A stretch of 64,000 bases of DNA from Raja brachyura (lineage: Eukaryota), in contig OY740805.1 of the NCBI GenBank assembly GCA_963514005.1, positions 23,994,001-24,058,000 on the forward strand, in the 5' to 3' direction. Made by a program: the position numbers and the translations under genes. The notes beneath the pieces are model-generated. The model was given only the letters and a program-made list of their open reading frames with translations, had not been told where the DNA came from and did not search any database. Within the stretch, counting starts at the first letter, position 1. Each line of letters starts with the position of its first letter. Of this stretch, positions 40,344-52,400 are shown in pieces.

Positions 40344-40458
40344 GGGCAGTCAGACTTCATGATTGGGGAGTCTGAGTTCAGAAGCATTTTCTCATTCTCG
40401 TTCCTGTCAACTCCTCCTGCTGTTACGTCCTTCGGCAAAGACTCAGTGCTGGTGGAAC
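40337..40458 (-). CDS. Terminal cytoplasmic exon of the MHC class I gene
   Basis: Acceptor ccttgttactttctatcctag|GT TCC ACC, phase 1. Translation [40 protein letters not shown]. It is non-repetitive sequence lying between repeats. Confidence 0.7.
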
Positions 40459-43400
40459 CTAGGATAGAAAGTAACAAGGTGAGTGGAAATTCCCAGCAAG
40501 GTTTATGATAAGACAGCACAGTGGCGCAGTGGGTAGACCTGCTGCGGCACAGCGACAGAGGCCCAGGTCCCATCCTGACCCCGGGTACTGCTGGCGTGGA
40601 GTTTGCACGTTTTCCCCGCGACCACATGGGGTTCCTCCAGCTGTCCTGGTTTCCTCCCACACCCCGAAGGTTAGTAGGTGAATTGACCCTAGTGTCAGGG
40701 GGTGGGTGCAAAAGTGGGGTAATGTAGAACTAGCATGAACGCGTGCTATATTTAAGAGGGAGTTAGATGTGGCCCTTGTGGCTAAGGGGATCAGGGGGTA
40801 TGGAGAGAAGGCAGGTACGGGATACTGAGTTGGATGATCAGCCATGATCATATTGAATGGCGGTGCAGGCTTGAAGGGCCGAATGGCCTACTCCTGCACC
40901 TAATTTCTATGTTTCTATGTTACGATGATTGGCGAGGAGCCGGCGGGCTGAAGAGCCAGTTTCCAGCCTGTATCCCAAAACTAAACACCATCCTATGTCC
41001 GTCTCTCTCCCCACCACCACATTCCCCACCCTCCCCTCAACCCTCCTCACACAAGGGGGGGGGGGGGGTGTCTGCCTAGAACGAACTGCCAAGGTGGTTG
41101 AAGCAGATAGGAAAGAGGCATTTCAAAGACTTTTGGATAGGTATATGGATACGATGGGAATAGAGGGATATGGACGATGGGCAGGCAGTTAAGTGATGGT
41201 GATGGCATCATGTTCGGCACAGACATTGTGGGCTGAAGGGCTCATTCATGTAGTGTACTGTTCCATGTCCCATGTTCCATTATTGGGATCCATGCTGGGA
41301 GATGAATTTCGCACCAAATCCTGCCCTGGTCCAACAAGCCCATACAATGCTACTTACCTGATGCAGAAGAGTTAGTCTCACTGCATCGTAGAGAAATGAA
41401 ATGGCACAAGACAGCTGCTGAGAATTGTCAAAAACACTGTCATAGGCTCCGCATCAAATAGCTGCCACAAGAACAGGCACATCATATTCTGGGACAATTC
41501 TTCCTCGAGGCTAAACGGCAGCTGGAGATATTGGAGAGAGGGAGCGCTGCACTGATGCATAGGGAACTGAGGGAGTGCTGCACTGTTGGAATGAGGGAAC
41601 TGATCGAGTGCTGCATTGTTGCACAGAGCCGAGAGAGTGCTGCACGGTTGCACAGGGAACTGAGTGAACCGAGAAGTACCATACAACTGCTGGACGAGTC
41701 TGCGTTCCACGTGTATATGGAGCGCGTGAGGCTGCAGCCCCTGTTCCAATATCTAAAGCGGCTGCTCCTTGCCTTCTGACTGCACTTCACACCCACCATC
41801 CTCATCTTTGGACACCCTGCAAGTAGGTGAGAGGGTAGGGCCGAGGATGTCCTGGTTGGGTTGCTCCTGGGCCTGGCCAAGCTGGGCATCCAAGAGTCAA
41901 GGCGTCAGGGGGAAGAGGGCTCTGCCCGAGCCAGATGCCTGCCCGATTTCTGTGGATACGTCCGCGCCTGGGTGGTTTTAGAAAGGGTCTACGCATTGTC
42001 CACGAATGCCCTGGGGAATTTCCTGGCTTGCTGGGCACCGCGGGGGCTGGAATGCATCCCAAATATGGCTGGTGATATTGGTGTTTCAGAATGTATTTGA
42101 CATTTAAGAATATTTGTTTAGATAATTGGGTGATTTGTTGGTTTGGTTTGGTATTGCTTTGTAGTGTATATTTTATTCTTGCAATCATTGATTAAATTTG
42201 TTACAAAAAAAAAAGCAGCACTTGACTGTGGACATAATGCTCTACGCAGGGATTCTAGCCCTCTACACTGGGGATCTGGGGCGGAGGGTACTGCCTGCAT
42301 CGAGGAGTCACACGCAACCCGTTTCTATCCCGGTTCACAGACTTGCCTGCCGCCTGTTCCAATATCTAAAGGGGCTGTTTCTTGCCTTCTGGCGGCACTT
42401 CTCACCCACCATCCTCGTCTTTGGACACCCTGTGCGTAGGGGAGAAGGTGGAGCCGAAGATGTCCTGGTTGGACACCTGCGGCTGGCCAAGCTGACGATC
42501 TGCGAGTCACGGCCGGCTGCCTGCCCCTTTTTCGGGGTTACGTCCGTGCCCGGGTGGTACTGGAGAGGGACTACGCGCTGTGCATGGGCACCCTGGGGGA
42601 TTTCCGGGACCGCTGGGCATCGCGGGGCGGGGGGGGGGGGGGGGGGGGGATGAATGCATCCTTGACAAGGTTTGTAATATAGTCCTGTAATTTTCAGTAT
42701 ATTGAAGAATATTCGTTTCACTTTGTGCTGTGATGTTGGGTTTGTTGTTATCGTTTTGTATTGTACATATTATTCTTGTAAATAATTGATTACAATTATT
42801 TTTTGGTGTAAACAAAAAATCTCTATTTGCTTGCTCTGTGCCTCTTTGACGGAGTATTGCTCATTTTCAGTGCTCGGTTTCAGTGCGTTTCTGAGGATCA
42901 GTATATTGCAAAGAAAATAATCTCAACAGGCAGGCAGTGGCAGCACAGTGGTGCAGCGGGTAGAGCCGCTGCCTCACAGTGCCAGAGACCCAGGTTCGAT
43001 CCTGACCACGGGTGCAGTCTGTGTGTGCAGAGTTTGCACGTGCTCCCTATGATGACCGCGTGGGTTTGCTCTGTGTGCTCCGGTTTCCTCCCCCTTCCCA
43101 AAGATGTGCGGATCTGAAGGTTAATTGTCCCTCTGTAAATTGCCCCCCCCCCCCCCCCACCAGTGTGTAGGGAGTAGATGAGAAACGGGATAACATAGAA
43201 CTAGTGTGAACGAGTGATCGATGGTCAGCGTGGACTTGGTGGGCCAAAGGGCCTGTTTCCTTGGTGTATGTCTAAACTAAACCAAGTGCTTGAGGTCTAC
43301 AAATGCAAGCAGCTTGTCCCCGACTGTCGCATGCGAAACAGATCGTGCAATGCGGTCTTACCCTTGCCAAAACAGCAGTTGTTTTTCACCACTCCTGGAC

Positions 43401-46400
43401 CCTTCTTCCACAAGTTGAAACCAGCCCACAGTATGGACAGTAACAGCAGGATAGCCGGGACTGCTAGCCATATAAGAACTCGGCCACCTTGGTCTAATTA
43501 AAGAAGAAGACATTGTAATATCAGCGGACGGGAACTATCAGTCAGCGCATAGTGCACCCAACCCTTACCCAGCATCCCTTACCCAGAGGTGGCACAGTGG
43601 CGCAACTGGTAGAGTTGCTGCCTCACAGCACCAGAGACCCTGGTTCAATCCCGACCTCGGGACAAAGCTGAGCAAGTGATAGGTGGATACAGGTGAAATG
43701 CGGTAGTGGGGTTGATTGGCGGATGGGTGGGCAAAGGCCCCAGGGCGCCACAGTGAATAGAGCTGCTGCCTCACAGCACCAGAGACCCAGGTTCGATCCC
43801 GACCTCTGGTGCTGTCTGTGTGTGGAGTTGCACATTCTCCATGTGACCGCGTGGGTTTCCTCCGGTGCTCCGCTTTCCTCCCATGTCCCAAGAAAGACGT
43901 GCGGGTTTGTAGGTTAATTGGCCCTCTGCAAATTGACCCTGGTATGTAGCGAGTGAATGAGAATATGAGATAACATGGAACTATTGTCAACAGGTGAACA
44001 GATGGTGAGCGTGAATCCGTTGGGCCGAAGGGTCTGTTTCCGTGCTGTATCTCTACACTAAACTAAATCCCACCCTCCTGCCCTCTCTCCCTCTCCCTGG
44101 ATACACAATTAGTTTGATGGTAGGAAGCAGCTGAAGATGGTGTAAGGTTGGCTTGTTTGGAATGGAGCCCAGTGGTATGCGTTAGGGATCGGTGCTGAAC
44201 ACCTTTGCCGAGTTTGATCTCTATTAACGATTTGGATGAAAATGTAGACATATAATGGTGGAGTAACTCAGCGGGACAGACAGCATCTCTGGATAGAAGG
44301 AATAGGTGATGTTTCGGGTCGAGTCTGAAGGAGGGTCTCAACCCGAAACATCACACATTCCTTCTATCTTGAGATGCTGCCTGTCCAGCTGAGTTACTCA
44401 CGCATTTTGTGTCTATCTTCAGTGTAAACTAGCATCTGCAGTTCCTTCCTACACATTGGATGAGAATGTACAAGCCATGGCTAGTAAGTTTGCAGATAGC
44501 ACTAAAGTAGTTGGTATTTTAGAGAGGGAAGATAATTAGAGTCAGAGTCTTATAACGTGGAAACAGGTCTATCAGCCCAATTTCCCCATGCAGACCAACC
44601 CACCCCATCACACGAGCCCCACCCGTCTGCATTTGGCCCATATCCCTCGAAACCTGCCCTATCAATGTGCCTGTCTAAATGTTTCTTAAACATTGTGATA
44701 GTGCCGGCCTCAACTACCTCCACCAGCAGCTCGTTCCATATGCCAACCACCATTTGTGTAAAAAAAAAGTTGCCCCTCAGTTTTCTATTGCATTTTTAAC
44801 AATAATCTTTTGGTTATCAAGAATTGCAGTGGGATCTTAATCAGCTGGGCAGGTGGGCCGAGGAATGGCAAATGGAGTTTAATTCAGACAAGTCCAAGGA
44901 CTTGCATTTTGAGAGGTCAAACAAGGGCAGCACTTTCACAGGTTAACAGTATGACCCTGAGGAGTGTGGTAGAGCACAGGGATCTAGGAGAAGGGATATA
45001 GAGGTCCCTGAAAGTGGCATCAGAGGTCGTGACGTGTAGGATGGAACTGCAGGTGCTGGTTTAAACCGAAGATAGACACAAAAAGCTGGAGTGACTCAGC
45101 GGGACAGGCAGCATCTCTGGAGAGAAGGAATGGGTGACGTTCATACCACTGGTATGAATTTTGATTTCTCCAACTTCAAGTAACCCCGGCATTCCCTCTC
45201 TCCCCATCCCTCCCCCACCCAAGTTGCACCAGCTTCTCGTTTTCACCCAACAAAGAGCTAACAATGGCCCGTTTCTTTTCTGATTGTTACTTTTTTGCAT
45301 ATCGTTTGTTCATTTGTTCCATATCTCTCTACATCATTGTGTATATCTCTCATTTCCCTTTTGCAGTGACTCATCTGGAGAAGGGTCTAGACCCAAAAGG
45401 ACACCCATTCCTTCACTCCAGAGATGCTGCCTGTCCCGCTGAGTTACTCCAGGTTTTTGTGCATATCAGAGGTAGTCACAATGGTGAAGAAGGCTTTTGA
45501 CTTTCACCTTTCATCATATTCAAACAAGAGGGCATGACATGAGAATTAAGGGACAGAAGTTTAAGGGTAACATGAGGGGGAACTTCTTTACTCAGAGAGT
45601 GGTGGTGGCTGTGTGGAATGATCTTCCTGCAGAAGTGGTGGAGGCAGGATCGATTTTAACATTTAAAAGTAAAGTGGATAGGTATATGGACGGGAAGGGA
45701 ATGGAGGGGTATGGTCTGAGTGCAGGTAGATGGGACTAGGGGAAAATAAATGGTCGGCACAGACTGGAAGGGCCGAGAAGGCCCGTTTCCGTGCTGTAAT
45801 TGTTATATGGTTATATCTGAAAGGGCATTTACTATGGAGGAACTGCACATGCTGGTTTACGAAAAAAGAACTGCAGATTCTGGTTTACAAAAAAAAAGCC
45901 ACAAAGTATTGGATAACTGAATGGTTCAGGCAGCATCTCCGGAGAACAAGGAAAGGCGATGTTTTGGGTTGGGCCCCTTCTTCAGACTAGAAGACGTTTA
46001 TGGTTAGGGTCCTGAAAAACTGCCCCAATCCGAAACGTCGCCTATCCATGGTCTCCGTGAGATGCTGCCTGACCCGCTGTGTTACTCCAACACTTAATGT
46101 GAAAACCAAAGAGCTGCAGATGTTGGTTTATACCAAAAATAGACACAACGTGCTGGACTAACTCAGGAGAAAAAGAATGGGTGACGTTGCGGGTTGGGCT
46201 TCTTCAGTGTGAAAGTGGGTCCCGACCCAAAATGTCACCTATCCATGGTTACACAAAAAGCTGGAGAAACTTGGCGGGTGCAGCAGCATCTAAGGAGCGA
46301 AGGAGATAGGCGATGTTTCGGGTCGAGACCCTTCTTCAGACGTCACCTATCCATGTTCTCCGGAGATGCTGCCTGACCAGCTGAGTTGCTTTAGCACTTT

Positions 46401-49400
46401 GCGTCTTTCATTGCATATAGAGGTTGTGACGTGTTGCTACGGTTGTACAAGTTGTTCTTCGTCCATCTCTTACCCCAGACCACGGCCATTCCTTCGGGCC
46501 TGCTGCTGTGCCACACGCGGCAGACGTGCTCCCGTCTCTCTGCAGGCTCTATCAGCAGAGAAACCTTCATCTGGTAGGTGCCATCGTGGTTGGGTAGGAC
46601 GCCAGAGTTCTTGTCCGTGGGGACAGGTTGCCCATTCCTGAACCAACTCATGTTGATGGTCTGCGGGAAAAAGCCGGTGGCCAGGCAATGGAGGGCGAGT
46701 TTCTGACCATCGGGAGATCTCCCAGTGTAGACCCACACATCTGGAACAGCTGAGAGAAAAGAGAGAGAGAGAGACATGGATATACAGGGAACCAAAGACA
46801 CTGGAATCTTGAGATTATTGGAGAAGCTCATTGGGCTTTGGAGATGCAGTGCAGAAACTAGCCCTTCCACCCACTGAGTCCGCACCAACCAGCAATCAAC
46901 ACTAGCACTATCCTACAAACACTAGGGACAATTTACAATTTTTGCCGAGCCAATTAACCAATAAACTGTATGACTTTGGAGAGTGGGAGGACACTCGAGC
47001 ACCTGGAGGAAACACACGCGGTCACAGGAAGATGGTACAAACTCCGTACATTCAGCGTTCATAGTCAGGATCAAACCTGGGTCTCTGGTGGTGTAAAGGG
47101 CCTGTCCTACAAGCATGCAACTCTATGCGATGAGCGCGACCTAACGTGGTCGCTTGAGCCGTCCGGCGTCGCGGGGCCGGTCCCACTTCAATCGCCGGTG
47201 CCGTGCAGAATTGTGCGGAGTTCGTCCCGACATCGCGCGGGGCTCCGAAAAACTGACTATGTTGAAAAATTCCGCGCGGCAACGGCTTGTCGGCTCGCAG
47301 TCGCCTCGACGCATGACACACCGCCCCGACATCGTGCCTCCGTGAACCTATCTGTAGGTGCCTCCGTGACCCTCTATGTGTGTGGGTCCATGGCCCTCTG
47401 TGTGTGTGTGCCTCTGTGCCCCTCTCTGTGTGCCCCTCTCTGTCCTGGCGAACTTACCTTAGACTTCGCTCCAAGTTTGCATCAGTTTACGCCGCGTTGT
47501 GCCACTCACCTGACCTCCGCGCAGCCCTCGCTGCCGGTTTGGTTGCACTTGCCGCATGCAGGTGGAAAACGGCCCTGTACAGGGAATCACCCGACCTCCG
47601 CGCGGCCCCCGCTTCTAGTTTGATCGCGTTCATCGCATAGAGTTGCATGGTTGTAGGACAGGCCTTTTAGGCAGCAACTCTACCGCTGCGCCACTGTGCT
47701 CGACAAACCCAGAGGGTCAGGCAGCATCTGTGGAGGACAATGAGCAGGAATACTCGATGAACCAAAATGCCGTCTGTCCATTGCCACCACCGATGATGCC
47801 TGTCGGAGCCATTAAGCTTGTCAGTATTATTATCATGTCTGATATTTTTTGTTTTAGTTTTTGTCTGCCTGCACTTTTGTCGGTGGGATTTGATACATAG
47901 CAGGGGTGTGTTCTTTTGTTAGAGGCATCTGGCACTGACTCTCAGATTAGAAGTTTCAGTTTGGTATCGGAGAATGAGGGGAAAAAGTTTTCTACCATGA
48001 TCGCACACATGTTACGAGACGATGCACCTTTATAAGAAGCTCTTTTGTGATTTAGATGATGTGAATGGAACAGCAATAAAGAACGGAAAGTTATGAGTTA
48101 TTTCTTTGTTTTGTATTACTTCAATAAAAAAGCAATTAATCAAGAAACAACGTCTGGAAGATTAATCTTTTCTGTCTTATGTGTGTCGTGAGTGCGTTAG
48201 GCTATACCTCCGAATCATCTCCGATAATTAATGGCTATCGAAGTTGGACTTCGAGAACGTTGTAAAAACTGCCATTATTCTGCCTGTCCCACCGAGTTCC
48301 TCTGGCACGGTTTGCTGCCTTACAGCGCCAGAGACCCGAGTTTGACCCCGACTACAGGTGCTGTATAGAAACGTAGAAAATAGGTGCAGGAATAGGCCAT
48401 TCAACCCTTCAAGCCTGCACCACCATTCAATATGATTATGGCTGGTTATCCAACTCAGTATCCTGTACCTGCCTTCTCTCCATACCCCCTGATCCCTTTA
48501 GACACAAGAGCCAGTTATGTATGGCGTTTGTACGTTCTCCCCATAACCTGCATGGGTTTCCCCCAAGAGCTCCAGTTTCTTTCCACACTCCAAAGATGAA
48601 CATGTTTGTAGGTTAATTGACTTGGTAAAATAGTATATTGTCCCTATTGTGCATGGCATAGTATTAGTGTACGGGGATCGCTGGTCGGCATGGACTTAGT
48701 GGACCGAAGTGGCCCATTTCCGCGCAGTATCTCTAATACTAACCTAAAAACTGTGGAAGATAATCATGGCCAGGGTCTCGAGTGCACAATCTGTGGAGGT
48801 CAACAGCGCAACAGATTGAGAGCTCCTGAGACCCTGGTTCTATCCTGACCCCATTGTTGCCAGCATGGAGTTTGCAAATTCTCCCTGTGAGTCCAAAGGT
48901 TGCAACCAGGTACTCCGGTTTCTTCCCATATCCTAAAATTAAGTGGCCAAATAGTCTCAAGAGTTAAGATGAGTGGTGGAATATGGAGGAACAAGATGGG
49001 AATATGGGATTGGTGTAGAACACAAAACAGTACAGTATGGAAACAGGCCCTTCGGCCCGCCATGTCTGTGCTGATCATGATGCCAATTTTAACTAATAAC
49101 ATCTGCCTGCACAGGGTTTGAATCCCTCCATTCCTCTGTTCCTTGTTGTTCGTGTGCCTGTCTAAATGTCTTTCAAACATTGCTATCATGTTTATCTGGC
49201 AGCACGTTCTAGGGACCAATCACTTGTCTTGCAAATCTCCTTTTTGCTGACACCCTCTAATCCAGGCAACATTCTGGTCTGAAGAAGGGTCTCGACCCGA
49301 AACGTCGCCCATCTCCTTCGCTCCTTAGATGCTGCTGCACCCGCTGAGTTTCTCCGGCCTTTTGTGTACCCTCGATTCTCCAGCATCTGCAGTTCCTTCT

Positions 49401-52400
49401 TTAACATTCTGGTAAACCTCTTCTGCACCCTGCCCAAAGCTTCCAATGTGGCGCCATCTTGTGGCCGAGCCACTTTGGTCTCCCACCGTCGTTCGTCGAG
49501 CTCGAGCTCTTATGTGAACTCTGGTGATCGACGCTGATCTGGGTGGTTAGCTGACGGGGTGCAACAGACAATGGAGCTAGTCTTCCCTTGGCAGTGAACG
49601 CGTTAACACACTTTGCACTTTTGTACTAATATTAAACAGAGTGTTTAAATACTAAAAACTGATTGTTTATACAACACGTGAACTTTATCCTTTCTTTAAC
49701 AAGGCAACTAGAATGGCACACATTACTCCAAATGAGACCTATTCAAACTTTTACAACTGCAATATGACTTCCCATCTTTTATATTCAGCACTCCGACTGA
49801 TGAATGCTATTATATCTTCAGCCCCCCTCACCACCCTATCTACTTGTGTTGCTACTTTCAAAGACCTATGGATTTACACCCTAGATCCATCTGTACATCA
49901 CTGCTCCCTGGAGTCTTGCCCTTTATCTTTCCTCTTACATTTGACCTTCCAAAATGCAGCAATTTACACTTTTCCAGATTAAACCATATCTGCCAATTCT
50001 CTACCCACATTGCCAGCTGGTCTATATCCAGTTGGTTTCTTTGACAACCTCGCTCGTTTTCAATAACATAAATATTGTGTTCTGTGCAAACCTACTATTC
50101 AGCCCACCTATATTTAGACTTTAACACTTTATACTTTGGAGATACAGTGTGGAAACAGGCCCTTCAGCCCACCGAGTCCGTGCCAACTAACGATCAGCCC
50201 CTTAAGCTAGCACTATCCTACACACTCGGGACAGTTTCAATTTTTACCAAACCCCCAGTCTCGACCCGAAACGTCGCCTATCCCCTTCACTCCTTAGATG
50301 CTGCTGCATCCGCTGAGTTTCTCCAGCTTTTTGTGTAACCCTCGATTCTCCAGCATCTGCAGTTCCTTCTTTAACACCAATTAACCTACAACCTTGTACG
50401 TCTTTGGAGTGTGGGAGGAAACCGGGGCACCCGAGGAAACCCACATGGTCACAGGGAGAATGTACAAACTCTGTATAGACAGCACCCGTAGTCAAGATTG
50501 AACCCAGGTCTCTGGCTGTGTAACATAGAAAATAGGTGCAGGAGGAGGCCATTCGGCCCTTCAGCCCATTCATTGTGATCATGGCTGATCGTCCCCAATC
50601 AATAACCCATGCCTGCCTTCTCCCCATATCCCTTGACTCCACTAGCCCCTGGAGCTCTATCCAACTCTCTCTTAGATCCACCCAGCTATTTTGCCTGCAC
50701 TGCCCTCTGTGGCAGGGAATTCCACAAATTCACAACACTCTGGGTGAAAATGTTTTTTCTCACCTCAGTCTTAAATGGCCTCCCCTTTATTCTAAGACTA
50801 TGGCCCCCGGTCCTGGACTCGCCCAACTTTGGGAACAATTTTCCTGCATCTAGCTTGTCCAGTTCTTTTATAATTTTATATGTTTCTATAAGATTCCCCC
50901 TCATCCTTCTAAACTCCAGTGAATACAAGACTAGTCTTTTCAAGGGCCTGAAGAAGGGTCTCGACCCGAAACGTCGCCTATCTCCTTAGCTCCTTAGATG
51001 CTGCTGCACCCGCTGAGTTTCTCCAGCTTTTTGTGCAACCCTAGTCTTTTAAATCTTTCCTCATATGACACTCCTGCCATCCCAGGGATCAATCTCGTGA
51101 ACCTACGGCAGCAACCTACGATAGTAAGTCAGCAACTCCACCGCTATGCCACCATGCTGCCCCAAATTATTGCCCAAATCATTATTTAGTTTAAAGATAA
51201 ATGCAAAATGCTGGAGTAACTCAGTGGGTCAGGTAACATCTCTGGAGAAAATGGATGGTGGCGCGCACGGGCACAGCTGCTCTTAGCTCTCCGACTAGGT
51301 GCTTATTGTTTGTAAATAGGTTGTGTGTTGTGTTTAGTGTCTAGTGTGTCCTAGAAATGTGCTACGGGGATAAATCTGTTTACAACCGCGGTGAGTTACT
51401 TACCGTTGGTTTAAAATTTTGCACCAACGTTAAAAGTGATTTCCAGCGAACTCGCAACATACCGCAGGACATAGCAAGCACACCGGGCTCTTCCTGGATT
51501 GTTGTCGGGACCGGGAGGTGGCGAAGGGAGAGGAAGCAGAAGCGAGGATGCCGGGAGGGCCTACTCGCTAGGCTAAGGAAACAACCACACAAACTTCCGT
51601 TACCGGGCATCTTCCTCACCAACGCAGGATCCATCGTCCATATGAGGAAAGACATTCTTGCCATAGAAGGGGTACAGAGAAGATTCACCAGGCTGATTCC
51701 TGGGATGTCAGGACTTTCATATGAGGAAAGACTGGATAGACTCTGCTTGTACTCGCTGGAATTTAGAAGATTGAGGGGGGATCTTATAGAAACTTACAAA
51801 ATTCTTAAGGGGTTGGATAAGCTAGATGCTGGAAGATTGTTCCCGATGTTGGGGGAGTCCAGAACAAGGGGTCACAGTCTAAGGATAAAGGGGAATTCCT
51901 TTAGGACCGAAATGAGGAAAACATTCTTTACACAGAGAGTGGTGAGTCTCTGGAATTCTCTGCCACAGAAGGTAGTTGAGGCCAGTTCATTGGCTATATT
52001 TAAGGGGGCATTAGATGCGGCACTTGCGGCTAAAGGGATCAGGGGGTATGGAGAGAAGGCAGGTACAGGATACTGAGTTGGATGATCAGCCATGATCATA
52101 TTGAATGGCGGTGCAGGCTCGAAGGGCCGAATGGCCTACTCCTGCACCTATTTTTCTACGTTTCTATATAACAGACGCACTGGAACCACAAATTGCTGCA
52201 GACACCTACGTTCACGAATGCTGATGGTCATAACAGAAACCTGGCTACACCCGCTGATCCCGGATGCTGCGGTACAACTGCCGGCCCGTACCTACCACCC
52301 ATCAGCCAAGACAGAAACGGTGACTCCGGTAAGAACAGAGGAAGTGGTCTTTGCATCTATGTACATAATGACTGGTGTAAAAACAGCAAGATCTTATACA

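Noticed and set aside
42820-42895. Extra cytoplasmic exon after the acceptor-like gatcctcag on the minus strand
   Set aside because: Phase-1 reading stops after 3 codons and there is no good GT donor.
49447-49701. Possible solo LTR (TG...CA)
   Set aside because: No target duplication is visible, so support is insufficient.
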